DNA of 64,000 bases. Source: Armatimonadota bacterium (GTDB lineage Bacteria > Armatimonadota > UBA10988). This document shows, in pieces, positions 27,364-37,065 of the stretch. The stretch covers positions 12,237 to 76,236 of the forward strand of contig JACRKZ010000166.1 in the NCBI GenBank assembly GCA_016235455.1, written 5' to 3'. A program made the translations under genes and the position numbers. How positions within the stretch are numbered: the first letter of the stretch is position 1; the number at the start of each line of letters is the position of its first letter. A model generated the notes under the pieces. That model was not told the origin of the DNA. It was given only the letters and a program-made list of their open reading frames with translations, and searched no databases.

Positions 27364-28194
27364 ATGACCTTCACCGTCGCCCACAGCCCCGATGCTGATG
27401 ACGCTTTCATGTTCTATGCCCTGGCCCACCGCAAGGTGGACACGGGCGACCGCCGCTATGAGCACGAGCTCAACGACATCGAAACGCTGAACCGATGGGC
27501 ACTCGAGGGCCGTTACGAAGTCACCGCCGTCAGCATTCACGCCTATGCCTACCTGGCCGACAAGTACGCGCTGCTCAGCGCCGGCGCCAGCATGGGCGAG
27601 GCCAACTACGGGCCGCGGCTCGTCGCGCGCCGGCCGATGACGCTCGACGAGGTGAAGGGCGTGACCGTGGCCGTGCCTGGCACGCTGACGTCTGCCTATC
27701 TTGTGCTCAAGCTGTTCGCGCCCGACGTCGAAACCGTCGTCATGCCGTTCGACACCATCCCCGAGGCCGTGGCCACGGGCCAGGTGGAGGCCGGCGTGCT
27801 GATCCACGAAGCGCAGCTCACCTATGCCGAGCAGGCGCTGACCCTGGTGCTCGACTTCGGCAAGTGGTGGTACGACCGGCACCAGCTGCCGCTGCCGCTG
27901 GGCGGCAACGTCGTGCGGCGTGACCTTGGCGATGAGCTCATTGCGCACATCGGTGCCGACCTCAAGGCGTCCATCCAGTATGCGTTGGCCCATCGTGATG
28001 AGGCCCTGGACTACGCGCTGGGCTTCTCGGGCGGGCTCGACCGTGGACGCGGTGACGAGTTCGTGGGCATGTATGTCAACGACCGCACCGTGGACTACGG
28101 CGACGAGGGCCGCGAGGCCGTGCGCCGGCTGCTGGCCGAAGGCGCTGAGCGGGGCATCATCCCGCACGCGGTGACGCCGCACTTCGTGGGTTAG
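27364..28194 (+). CDS. mqnD: MqnD-like 1,4-dihydroxy-6-naphthoate synthase (MqnA/MqnD family)
   Basis: AHSPDADDAFMFY, DIETLN, AVPGTLTSAYL, GVLIHE, LPLPLGGN and FVGMYVN. Confidence 0.8.
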   Translation: MTFTVAHSPDADDAFMFYALAHRKVDTGDRRYEHELNDIETLNRWALEGRYEVTAVSIHAYAYLADKYALLSAGASMGEANYGPRLVARRPMTLDEVKGVTVAVPGTLTSAYLVLKLFAPDVETVVMPFDTIPEAVATGQVEAGVLIHEAQLTYAEQALTLVLDFGKWWYDRHQLPLPLGGNVVRRDLGDELIAHIGADLKASIQYALAHRDEALDYALGFSGGLDRGRGDEFVGMYVNDRTVDYGDEGREAVRRLLAEGAERGIIPHAVTPHFVG

Positions 28195-28224
28195 GCGGCG
28201 CGGGTCGCGGGGAACAGACCCATC

Positions 28225-29106
28225 ATGCGAGCGACCCTGCGCCAGGTTCTGGTCATTGCCCGGCTGACCGCGGCCGATGCGTTGCGGTCGCCGCTCTATC
28301 ACCTCGTCTGGCTGACTGCCCTGTGCGTCGCCGGCACGCTGCCACTGCTCGACTACCTGGCGCTGCATGAGAAGCGCCGGCTGGTGGTCGACAGTTTGCT
28401 GGCCCTGGCCCTCACCGGTGGCTCACTGCTGGGCATCCTGCTGGCGGCCGACGGTGTGGGCGGCGAGGTGCGCCGCGGCACGCTGGCCCTGCTGCGCACG
28501 CGTGGCGCGGAGCCCGCGGCGTGGCTCGGCGGCAAGCTGCTTGGCCTGGCCGCGGCGCTGCTGCCCTTCGCCTTCACACTTGGTCTGGCCGTTATCTTCG
28601 GCTCGCGCGTGGCGGCTCAGCCCTTCCACAACGACGCAATGGCCGCGCGCGGCTGGTGGCTGGCGCTGCTCGGCGCGACCGCGCTGTGGGCGGGCAGCCG
28701 CGGCCGGCTCAGGTTGGCCTGGCTGCTGCCGCTGTCATTGGCGTTGGCTTTCGCCCTTTTGCGCGGTGGGTGGGAGCGAGACGATCTCGCCGTCCTGCCG
28801 GCGGTGGTAGGCACGGGCTGCGGCATGGTGCTGGCGGCCTGGGTGGCGGCTGTTCTGGCGCTGGCCGTCGATGTCGTCACGACGGTGTGGCTGGGCGTCG
28901 TCATCTTCCTGGTCGGCGTGGCGGCCGATAGCTGGCTGACCGGCGCGGGTCGCCTGCTGTGGTTGGTGGGGCCGAGCTGGTCGCTCTTCCAGCAGACCGA
29001 TGCGGGCTGGCCAGCGACGGCGCGCGCGGCGGGCTATCTGCTGGCCTACGGCCTGGCGTTGGTGGCCTTTGGCGCCGGCCTGCGGGCCGCGAAGGAGCCG
29101 CGATGA
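28225..29106 (+). CDS. ABC-2-type permease
   Basis: IARLTAADALRSP start, GEVRRGTLALL..P...LGGKLLG motif, multiple TM segments. Confidence 0.75.
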   Translation: MRATLRQVLVIARLTAADALRSPLYHLVWLTALCVAGTLPLLDYLALHEKRRLVVDSLLALALTGGSLLGILLAADGVGGEVRRGTLALLRTRGAEPAAWLGGKLLGLAAALLPFAFTLGLAVIFGSRVAAQPFHNDAMAARGWWLALLGATALWAGSRGRLRLAWLLPLSLALAFALLRGGWERDDLAVLPAVVGTGCGMVLAAWVAAVLALAVDVVTTVWLGVVIFLVGVAADSWLTGAGRLLWLVGPSWSLFQQTDAGWPATARAAGYLLAYGLALVAFGAGLRAAKEPR

Positions 29107-29951
29107 GCGCCGTGCTGCGAGCCGACAGCCTGACTCGCGTCTTCCGCGACGCCTGGGGCCGGCCGCGGGTGACGGCGGTCAGCGACGTCAGCTTCGAGGT
29201 CGGCCGCGGTGAGGTGGTGGGGCTGCTAGGCCCCAACGGTGCGGGCAAGTCGACCACTGTCAAGCTGCTACTCGGCCTGCTGCGGCCGACGGCCGGAGCC
29301 GCACGCATCCTTGGCCAGCCGCCCGACAGTCGCGCGGCGCGAGCCGCGGTGGGCTACCTGCCGGAGGAGACGCGCCTTTACCCGCACCTGACGGCGACCG
29401 AGACGCTGGCCTTCTTTGCCCAGGTCGCCGGTGTGAAGGCCGACCTGCCCGCACTGCTGGCGCGTGTCGGCCTGACCGGCGCGGCCCACCGGCGGGTCGG
29501 CGAGTACAGCAAGGGCATGAACCGCCGGCTGGGCCTGGCGCAGGCGCTGCTGGGCTCGCCGGAGCTGCTGGTGCTCGACGAGCCCACTTCGGGGCTCGAT
29601 CCACTGGGCCGGCGCGATGTGAAGCAGCTCATCGGCGAGTTGGCCGCGGGCGGCACCACCATCCTGCTGTCCAGCCACCTGCTGGCCGAGGTGGAGGACG
29701 TCTGCGACCGCGTGCTCATCCTCTGTGGCGGCCGGTTGGCGGCGCAGGGCAGCCTGTGGGAACTGCTGAGCGATCCCGATGAGTTGACGCTACGCCTGCC
29801 GCGGCTTGATGCCGAGACGCTGGCGCGCGTGCTGGCGGCCGTGCGCGCCGAGACCGGCGCCGCGGTCACCGTCCAGCCCGCATCGCTGGGGCTGGAAGCC
29901 TACTTCCTCGACCTGGTGGCGCGTCTGGGCGCTGGAGGGGGCCAGCCATGA
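29103..29951 (+). CDS. ABC transporter ATP-binding protein
   Basis: GPNGAGKST, YSKGM signature, LDEPTSGLD and SSHLL. Confidence 0.93.
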   Translation: MSAVLRADSLTRVFRDAWGRPRVTAVSDVSFEVGRGEVVGLLGPNGAGKSTTVKLLLGLLRPTAGAARILGQPPDSRAARAAVGYLPEETRLYPHLTATETLAFFAQVAGVKADLPALLARVGLTGAAHRRVGEYSKGMNRRLGLAQALLGSPELLVLDEPTSGLDPLGRRDVKQLIGELAAGGTTILLSSHLLAEVEDVCDRVLILCGGRLAAQGSLWELLSDPDELTLRLPRLDAETLARVLAAVRAETGAAVTVQPASLGLEAYFLDLVARLGAGGGQP

Positions 29952-31075
29952 GGCCCGCGCTGGCGGTGGCGCATGCGACGCTGGTCGCCGCTTGGCGCGG
30001 TGGCCCAGCGCCGGCCATGGCCGGGCTGCTGGCGGCGCTGCTGCTGTGGCTGCCGAGCCAGGTCGGCCGTGACGACGTCGGGCTGTGGCAGATCACGTTG
30101 AGCGTGGCGCAAGCGTTGCTGCTGCTTGGCACCGGCTGGTTGGCGGTGGATAGCGTCGGCCGCGACTTGCGCGAGGGCCAGGCCGCCCTGCTGGCCACGC
30201 GCCCGCTGAGCCGCGGCGCCTGGTGGCTGGGCCGCTGGCTGGGCGTCGTGGCCGTGGCCTGGGTGCTGTTGGCAGGCGTCGTGATGCTGGTCCTGGCGCA
30301 GGCCCGCGGGCGGTGCCCACTGCCGCACACCGAGACGCGCGCGGCCATCGACCGCTCGCTCGTGCTGCAGCCCGACCAGCCCGTGACCGTGTCATTGCCC
30401 GGCGGGCCGGGCGAGTTGCGGCTGACCGTGCGCGCGCCCGAGCCGCTGAGCCGACCGGCACGCCTTGACCTTGCCGCCGCCAGCGCGCCTGACCGCGCCG
30501 TCGACGTTTGGCCCGACCGCCTCTACCGGCTGCCGTGGCCCGGCGGCGGGTCGATCACGCTGACCAATCGCGGCGCCGGGGCGCTGGCGGTGATGTCGCG
30601 CGACGATCTGCGGCTGCGCTGCGCCGCGGGCAACCCGTGGGCCAACCTGGGCCGCGTGGTCGTGCTGATGGCGCTGCAACTCGCCTTCATCGCGGCGCTG
30701 GGTGCGGCGGCGGCCAGTTGCCTGAGCCATCCGGTGGCGCTGTTCGCGGTGCTGGCCTGGCTGGTGGCGGCGGCGCATGCGCCGTTGCTGCCCGATGCGC
30801 CGATCGTGGCACCAGGCGAGCCGGGCCACCATGAAGCGGCTCCCTCGCCGCTGTGGCTGGTCACGCTCAACGGCGGTCGGCTGACCGGGCTGTGGGTGAC
30901 CGACGCGCTGCACCACACCTGGCGGCTGGGCGACCTGGGGGATGGCCGGCTGGTGCCCGGCGGTGACCTTGTCGCGTCCTGCTGGCGGCTGGGGCTGGGC
31001 CAGACCGGCGCCGTGTTGCTCATCGGCGTGCTGCTCTGGCGGCGGCGCGAGTTCGGGCTGGAGGACCGGCCATGA
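29948..31075 (+). CDS. ABC-2-type permease with an extracytoplasmic insertion
   Basis: RDLREGQAALLATRPLSRGAWWLGRWLG motif; TM segments flanking a roughly 100-aa soluble domain. Confidence 0.7.
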   Translation: MRPALAVAHATLVAAWRGGPAPAMAGLLAALLLWLPSQVGRDDVGLWQITLSVAQALLLLGTGWLAVDSVGRDLREGQAALLATRPLSRGAWWLGRWLGVVAVAWVLLAGVVMLVLAQARGRCPLPHTETRAAIDRSLVLQPDQPVTVSLPGGPGELRLTVRAPEPLSRPARLDLAAASAPDRAVDVWPDRLYRLPWPGGGSITLTNRGAGALAVMSRDDLRLRCAAGNPWANLGRVVVLMALQLAFIAALGAAAASCLSHPVALFAVLAWLVAAAHAPLLPDAPIVAPGEPGHHEAAPSPLWLVTLNGGRLTGLWVTDALHHTWRLGDLGDGRLVPGGDLVASCWRLGLGQTGAVLLIGVLLWRRREFGLEDRP

Positions 31076-32214
31076 GGCGTTGGCTGGTCATCATAGCCGC
31101 GTTGGCTGTCGCCGCGAGCCTGCGACCGGTGCCGCGGCCGCGACGGGCCATGCCCGACGCGCCGCCCGGCGTGTCGCTGGCGGCCACGGCGCTGGGCGGG
31201 TTCAACGGCGTTGCAGCCAGTTACGTGTGGCTCTACGCTTCACGCCGCGAGGAGGCCGGCCAGCCCTTTGAGTTGGTGCGCGCCGCGCGCTGGGTGTCGG
31301 CGTTGCAGCCCAACCTCGGCTCGCTCTACGACTTCCAGGCCTGGAACCTGGCCACCAACGTGGCGGACACCTTCGGCTCGCCGCCCGAGCGCTGGCCGTG
31401 GGTGGAGGCCGGTCTGAACCTGCTGTACGACGAGGGCCTGGCCCGGCGTGGCGACGACCCGCGGCTGCCCGGCGCTCTGGCCTCGCTGCTGCTGGGTCGC
31501 GTGTGTGGCGGCCAGGACGATGCGGCTGAGTACTTCCGCCAGGCCTTCGCGGCGCGCTGGACACCCATCGTCGGTCCACCACCGACGCGCTGGCCGGCGG
31601 TCGCCGGGTTGGAGCGCTGGCGCATGGAGGCGCGTTCGTGCGCCGAGATCGACAGCCGGTTCGGCCCGCTCGACTGGCGCACGGGTTGGGCGCATGCGTT
31701 GTACTGGGCGCGGCGCGGGGCGCTGGCTTCGCCTTCACGGCGGCAGTCGCGGCCGCTCTGGTCGTGGCAGATCGAAGCCCTGCGCGGCGCCTGCCTGGAC
31801 GGTCGCATCATCACCGCGCCCGGCCAGGGGGTGTTCGTCACGGTGCCCATGCCGGAACTCGCGGTCAAGGTGGAGGCGCTGTACGACGAGGCACTGGCGC
31901 GGCTGCCCCGCGACCAGGGCCTGCGCGCTGGTCGCCAGGCATGGCGCGACGAGGCGGCGCTGATGCTGGTCGCGTATGGCCTGTCGAGCGATGAGTCCGC
32001 CGCCGAGCGCACCGTGGCCGCACTCACCGACGGCGATGCCGGGATGGCGCAGTCCGTGGCCGACAGCTACGCACTCAGGGCGCTGCTCTGCGGCCGGTTG
32101 GGCGATGCCGCGGCGGCTCGTGGGCTGACTGGCATGGCACAGCGCGTGGCGCGGTCCGCGGGGCTGGACTGGTCGGCGGTGCAGCGCCGGGCTGGCGAGG
32201 CGCTCGGTCGTTAG
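31072..32214 (+). CDS. Conserved hypothetical helical protein ('IRE'-annotated family seen beside ABC permeases in PVC bacteria)
   Basis: LGGFNGVAASYVW, LQP..YDFQAWNLATN, ERWPWVEAG and GPLDWR...HALYWA. Confidence 0.65.
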   Translation: MRRWLVIIAALAVAASLRPVPRPRRAMPDAPPGVSLAATALGGFNGVAASYVWLYASRREEAGQPFELVRAARWVSALQPNLGSLYDFQAWNLATNVADTFGSPPERWPWVEAGLNLLYDEGLARRGDDPRLPGALASLLLGRVCGGQDDAAEYFRQAFAARWTPIVGPPPTRWPAVAGLERWRMEARSCAEIDSRFGPLDWRTGWAHALYWARRGALASPSRRQSRPLWSWQIEALRGACLDGRIITAPGQGVFVTVPMPELAVKVEALYDEALARLPRDQGLRAGRQAWRDEAALMLVAYGLSSDESAAERTVAALTDGDAGMAQSVADSYALRALLCGRLGDAAAARGLTGMAQRVARSAGLDWSAVQRRAGEALGR

Positions 32215-32240
32215 CCTGGGCCAACGGGGGACTCGACCCC

Positions 32241-32270
32241 AAAAGCAAAAGCTCCGGCCGAAGCCGGAGC
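32241..32270 (-). terminator. Rho-independent terminator of rpsT
   Basis: gctccggc-cgaa-gccggagc stem; the adjacent A-tract reads as a U-tract on the minus strand. Confidence 0.85.
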
Positions 32271-32306
32271 CAAACCGTTATGTAGCCAACCGAGCCTAGG
32301 CCAAGC

Positions 32307-32573
32307 CTATTCAGCGCTCGTGTCGACAGCCTTGTGCAGGCGAGCAGCGCGGCGGCGAGCATGGTTGATGTGGACAATCCCGCGCTTGGCGGCCTTGGCC
32401 AACTTGCTCTCCGCGGCGGCGGCGAGCTTCTGCGCCTCGGCGGTATCGCCGGCAGCCACAGCCTCGCGGGCCTTCTTGATGATGGTCTTGATCTCGGACT
32501 TGGCCGCGACGTTGCGCAGGCGGCGGCGTTCGCTCTGCAGTACTCGCTTCTTCGCCGATGCTTTGTTGGGCAC
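32307..32573 (-). CDS. rpsT: 30S ribosomal protein S20
   Basis: MPNKASAKKRVLQSERRRLRN...KAAKRGIVHINHARR; GTG start with GAGGAG. Confidence 0.97.
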   Translation of the reverse strand: MPNKASAKKRVLQSERRRLRNVAAKSEIKTIIKKAREAVAAGDTAEAQKLAAAAESKLAKAAKRGIVHINHARRRAARLHKAVDTSAE

Positions 32574-32609
32574 GTTCCGGACTCCTCAATGGGCTCAATC
32601 AACCCGGCA

Positions 32610-32638
32610 AAGATAGCACGGTCACACGAATCTGGCAA
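32610..32638 (-). promoter_or_regulatory. rpsT promoter
   Basis: Minus strand TTGCCA-N17-TATCTT with a TG extension. Confidence 0.6.
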
Positions 32639-32736
32639 GGATGCGTTGGTGGACGAGAGGCAGAGGACGCTGGAGACGTCCAGGGTGCCGCGTCGCACCC
32701 AAACCTACGACTCGCGTCCGCCATCCCGCGGGCGGC

Positions 32737-33768
32737 TCACAGCTTCAGCGTGACCGCCTCGCCGCTCTGCGCCGACAGCCGGCCGGCCTCCAGCACGGCG
32801 ATCTGGCGCCGCAGTTCGTGGTGCTTGACCAGCGGCGCCGCGCCGTCCAGTAGCACTGCGGCGATGTTGGCGTAGTAGTCGCGCCAGCGGCCGCGCAGCG
32901 TGGGCACCACGCGCTCGCCTTGGCCGTCGCTGATCTTCCCGTCCTGGGCGGGGTCGACCACCGCGGAGTCGATGTCGCCGGCGTTCATAGCGCCTTCCTG
33001 GGGGTCCAGGCCGTACTTGGCGTAAGTGCCCAGCGTGCCCTTGACCAGCCAGCGCGGCTTGCTGAGAGCACACATCGACGATACATCGACGATGCCCGTG
33101 CGGCCGCCCTCGAAGGCTACGGTGAGGTGGGCGTCGCTCTCCACATCAAACTCGGGGTAGGCCCAGTCCATGCGCCCGTAGACCGATTGGATCGTCTCGG
33201 GGAACAGCAACAGCAACTGGTCGACGAGGTGGGCGCCGAGGTCGAGGTAGCGTCCGCCGCCCATGGCGGCCTGACCACGCCAGCCGCCCCACGGCCGCAG
33301 GCCTTGCCAGGCCAGCTCCAGCCAGCGCACGTCGCCCAGCTCGCCCGAGTCCATGAGCGTGCGCACGGTCTGGTAATCGCCGTCGCAACGCCGGTTCTGG
33401 AACACGCTGAGCATCACGCCGCAGCGCTCGGCGGTGGCGATCATGCGGTCGCAATCGGCCAGCGAGAGGCACATGACCTTGTCGGTGACGACATGCTTGC
33501 CGGCCTCCATGGCCGCGCAGGCCAGGTCGGCGTGGGTGCTGTTGGGCGTGGCGACCACCACCAACTGCACGCTGTCGTCGGCCAGCGCCGCGTCGAGGCT
33601 GGGGATGACCGGGCAGCCGCGTTCGTCGGCGATGCGCTGGGCCACCTCCGGCCGGCGGGCGACGATGCCGGCCAACTCCAGTCGCGGCTCCAGGCCGATC
33701 AGGTACGAGTGGAAGTTACGGCCGGCATAGCCGTAGCCCACGACCACGGTGCGGATCTGCTGCTCCAT
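32737..33768 (-). CDS. Gfo/Idh/MocA oxidoreductase (YdgJ/IolW-like)
   Basis: VVGYGYAG..FH, HVVTDKV, VFQNRRCDGD and DLGAHLVDQ. Confidence 0.9.
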   Translation of the reverse strand: MEQQIRTVVVGYGYAGRNFHSYLIGLEPRLELAGIVARRPEVAQRIADERGCPVIPSLDAALADDSVQLVVVATPNSTHADLACAAMEAGKHVVTDKVMCLSLADCDRMIATAERCGVMLSVFQNRRCDGDYQTVRTLMDSGELGDVRWLELAWQGLRPWGGWRGQAAMGGGRYLDLGAHLVDQLLLLFPETIQSVYGRMDWAYPEFDVESDAHLTVAFEGGRTGIVDVSSMCALSKPRWLVKGTLGTYAKYGLDPQEGAMNAGDIDSAVVDPAQDGKISDGQGERVVPTLRGRWRDYYANIAAVLLDGAAPLVKHHELRRQIAVLEAGRLSAQSGEAVTLKL

Positions 33769-33770
33769 GC

Positions 33771-34832
33771 TCAAGCCTCCAGAACCGGCCGCGTCAGGCC
33801 GGCGGCCAATGGCGCGGGCCGCTCGCAGGTGCTCTCGATGGCCACGTGACGGCCTTCGTCGGACGAGCGGTGGATGCCGTCCATGACCTCCAGCACGTGG
33901 AAGATCAGGTCGGCGCCGGCGCGTGCCGGCCGGCCGAAGCGGATGGCGCAGGCCATGTCGGCGATGGCCAGGCCGCGCGAGTTGTCGTCGAAGCCGTGGC
34001 TCAGCGGCATGGTCACCGGTTCTTTGTGACGCGGCTGCAGCACCACTGGCCCGCCAAACATGTTGGGGTCCGGGCAGGTCAGGTTGGCTTCGCTGCCCCA
34101 CAGTTCGAGCCGCGGTTGATAGCCGAAGGACGCGGCGGTCGCGGTGATCACGCCGCGCACACCACAGGCGAAGTCGAGCGTGCCGCAGCTCAGGCCGGGC
34201 ATTTCGTATTCGGCGGGGTCGTGCTCCGAGACACGCGGGCTGGCCGTGCTGCCCGAGACCCGCGTGACCGGCCCCAGCAGCGCCACCAGCGCGGTCAGGT
34301 AGTAGACGCCGAGGTCGAACATCGGGCCCGCGCCGCGCCGGTGATAGCGCACTGAGGGCACACCGAAGGCAAAGAACGCGGCGCTGGTGATCAGTTCGCC
34401 CAGCCAGCCATCGTCGATGAGCTTGCGGCAGGTCTGCAGCCCCGCGCCGAGGAAGGTGTCCGGCGCGCCACCGAGCGTCAGCTCGCGCATGGCGGCCTCA
34501 GCCAGCAGCAGCCGGCCTTCGGCGGCGGTGGCGGCCAGCGGCTTCTCGGTGAAGACATGCTTGCCAGCGCGCAGGGCGGCCAGGTTGACCTCGTAATGGG
34601 CGAAGGCATTGGTCAGATTGACGACCATCTCCACCGCGTCGTCCGCCAGCAGTTCGTCGGGCGTGCAAGCCCGCGGCACGCCATACTCCGCGGCTCGCGC
34701 CGCGGCGGCCTCGGGCAGCAGGTCGGCCACGGCCAGCACCTCGACCTGCGAGGTGAAGCGGCGGGTCAGGTTCTCCAGATAGCGCGCACTGATGGCGCCG
34801 CAGCCGATGACTCCGAGTCGCAATCGCTCCAT
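33771..34832 (-). CDS. Gfo/Idh/MocA oxidoreductase
   Basis: GVIGCGAIS, HVFTEKPL, GAPDTFLG and GPMFDLGVYY. Confidence 0.9.
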   Translation of the reverse strand: MERLRLGVIGCGAISARYLENLTRRFTSQVEVLAVADLLPEAAAARAAEYGVPRACTPDELLADDAVEMVVNLTNAFAHYEVNLAALRAGKHVFTEKPLAATAAEGRLLLAEAAMRELTLGGAPDTFLGAGLQTCRKLIDDGWLGELITSAAFFAFGVPSVRYHRRGAGPMFDLGVYYLTALVALLGPVTRVSGSTASPRVSEHDPAEYEMPGLSCGTLDFACGVRGVITATAASFGYQPRLELWGSEANLTCPDPNMFGGPVVLQPRHKEPVTMPLSHGFDDNSRGLAIADMACAIRFGRPARAGADLIFHVLEVMDGIHRSSDEGRHVAIESTCERPAPLAAGLTRPVLEA

Positions 34833-34852
34833 CCGGCTTCTCCTGGTTCGGG

Positions 34853-35890
34853 CTAGACCTGCTTGAAGTGGACCTCGCTGACCTCACGCAGCTTCGCGGC
34901 GGCCTGTTCGGCCGTCACGTCGCGCTGGGCCTCCGCCAGCATCTCGTAGCCCACCATGAACTTCTTGACGGTGGCCGACCGCAGCAGCGGCGGGTAGAAG
35001 TGGGCGTGCAACTGCCAATGGCTCTGGTCGCCGGCGAGCGTCGGCGCGCCGTGCCAGCCCATGGAGTAGGGGAAGGTGCACTCGAACAGGTTGTCGTAGC
35101 GGGTGAGCATGCGCTTGAGGATGTCGGCCAGTCCATCGCGCTCTGCCTGGTCCAGGTCCGGCAGCCGCAGCACATGGCGGCGCGGCACGAGCAGGACCTC
35201 ATAGGGCCACAAGGCCCACCAGGGCACCACCGCCACCCAGGTGTCGTTGGCGACGACGATGCGCTCGCCGCTCTCGGTCTCGGTGGCCAGGTAGTCGACC
35301 AGCAGTGGCAGGCCGTGCTCGGCGGCGTAGGCGCGCTGGCGGGCGTCCTCCTTGAGGATCTCGTTGGGCAGCGCCGAGCCGGCCCAGACCTGGCCGTGCG
35401 GATGCGGGTTGGAACAGCCCATCACCGCGCCCTTGTTCTCGAACACCTGCACCCACGGGTAGGTCGCGCCCAGTTCGGTGATCTGGTCAGCCCACAGGTC
35501 GACCACCGAGCGGATGGCCGGTAGTTCCATCTCGGGCAAGGTCAGGTCGTGCCGCGGCGAGAAGCAGATGACGCGGCAGGTGCCGCTCTCGGCCTCGGCG
35601 CGCAGCAGGCGATGCTCGGCGGCGCCGACGTCGGGCGAATCGGTCAGCAGCGCGGCGAAATCGTTGGTGAACACGAAGGTGGAGTCGTACTTGGGGTTGG
35701 TCAACCCGCCCGCGCGCTCATTGCCGGGACAGAGGTAGCAGCGGGGATCGTGTGCCAGCCGCTGCTCGACGGCGGGCTTCTCCACCTGGCCCTGCCAGGG
35801 GCGCTTGGTGCGGTGCGGCGAGACGAGGATCCAGTCGCCGGTCAACGCGTTCAGCCGGCGGTGCGGGTGTTCGGTCGGGTCAAACAGCAT
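34853..35890 (-). CDS. galT: Galactose-1-phosphate uridylyltransferase
   Basis: [45 protein letters not shown] and [11 protein letters not shown]. Confidence 0.97.
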   Translation of the reverse strand: MLFDPTEHPHRRLNALTGDWILVSPHRTKRPWQGQVEKPAVEQRLAHDPRCYLCPGNERAGGLTNPKYDSTFVFTNDFAALLTDSPDVGAAEHRLLRAEAESGTCRVICFSPRHDLTLPEMELPAIRSVVDLWADQITELGATYPWVQVFENKGAVMGCSNPHPHGQVWAGSALPNEILKEDARQRAYAAEHGLPLLVDYLATETESGERIVVANDTWVAVVPWWALWPYEVLLVPRRHVLRLPDLDQAERDGLADILKRMLTRYDNLFECTFPYSMGWHGAPTLAGDQSHWQLHAHFYPPLLRSATVKKFMVGYEMLAEAQRDVTAEQAAAKLREVSEVHFKQV

Positions 35891-35938
35891 GATCGAGCAG
35901 CCTCCCAGCAAGGCTGCCATGGTACCACGGACCCAGGG

Positions 35939-36014
35939 GTTTGTCCTGCCGCCTTTGGGCGGTCAGCGGGCCGGAATGCGGCGCTGCTGACCGCCCAAAG
36001 GCGGCACGGCAAAC
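35939..36014. repeat. REPIN-like inverted doublet
   Basis: Perfect 21-bp arms at 35947-35967 and 35986-36006; each arm is itself a hairpin, ccgcc-tttg-ggcgg. Confidence 0.88.
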
Positions 36015-36019
36015 GTCGG

Positions 36020-36949
36020 TCAGCGCAGCTTGTCGAGGGCGCGGATGGCGGGCATCATGCCGGCCTGATCAGCGGCGTCGAGCATGACGAACTTGCGTAC
36101 GCCAACCTCGATCATCGGCTTGATGGCGGCCTTGATGCGGGCCTGGGTCTCGGGGTCGGCCTTGGCGATGGTCTGGGCCAGGCGGTCGATGCGCGAGACG
36201 AAGCCCTGCACCGCGTTGGCGCGCTCCTGGGGCGACAGCTTGCGGTACTCGGAGAAGGCCGTCTCAACGCCCTGCTCCATCATCTTCTGGCGCTGCTCGG
36301 CCGGCAGCTTCTCGAACATGCTCAACCCGTTGAGCATGTCCTGCGGGTTGACCGGCATGAGCACCCAGCCATAGACCCACTTACACTTGGCCTTCTCGGC
36401 CACGCCGTTGAGCACGTCGACCAGCGGCTGCTCGGTGTCGTTCTTGGCGGTGGCCAGCAGGTCGGCGGCCTCCGGCGTGCAGCGCACGGTCTCCTTGGTG
36501 GCGGCGGCCAGCACCAGGGCGATGGTGGACAGCTTGGTGTCCTTCTCCAGGCCCATCTTGACCTTGACGTCGGTCTTCAGCTCTTCGGCGCCGCGAGCCT
36601 GCTCCGTGGTGCAGAAGATGATGCAGCGCTTGGGCTGGGCCTGCGCCTGCCCGGCCACGGCCATCAGCGCCAGGCGAGCTGGCACTTCGCGGCTGGCGGT
36701 CACCGTGCCCTCGACCTTGGAGTCGACCAGGATGACCGTGTCCAGCAGTTCACCGAGTTTGACCGCCGCGTCGGCGATGGGCGTGTCCTTGAAGTTCAAG
36801 GTCACGGTCTTCTCGCCAGGCTGCGGCGCCAAGAAGCCCCCGGCCGCCGGCTGGGCGGGCTGCTGCTGAGGTTGGGTAGCGAACTGCGCCTGCGCGGCCG
36901 TGAGGGCCAGCAGGGACAGCAGCACCAGCGGTAGATGTCGACTCACCAT
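36020..36949 (-). CDS. Secreted hypothetical protein with two secretin-N0/STN-like domains and a helical C-terminus
   Basis: Signal peptide; VTLNFKDTPIADA...ILVDSKVEGTVT; second degenerate copy; no beta-barrel region. Confidence 0.6.
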   Translation of the reverse strand: MVSRHLPLVLLSLLALTAAQAQFATQPQQQPAQPAAGGFLAPQPGEKTVTLNFKDTPIADAAVKLGELLDTVILVDSKVEGTVTASREVPARLALMAVAGQAQAQPKRCIIFCTTEQARGAEELKTDVKVKMGLEKDTKLSTIALVLAAATKETVRCTPEAADLLATAKNDTEQPLVDVLNGVAEKAKCKWVYGWVLMPVNPQDMLNGLSMFEKLPAEQRQKMMEQGVETAFSEYRKLSPQERANAVQGFVSRIDRLAQTIAKADPETQARIKAAIKPMIEVGVRKFVMLDAADQAGMMPAIRALDKLR

Positions 36950-37065
36950 GGGTTCTCTCCAGAATCCGTAACCTGTATTGTGTCCGTTGGACGCGCGCTG
37001 GTCAACCGATGTTCATCGGCAGCGGGTGTCTGAAGGAACTCGGCGATCGCTGGGCGGTGGTGCGG

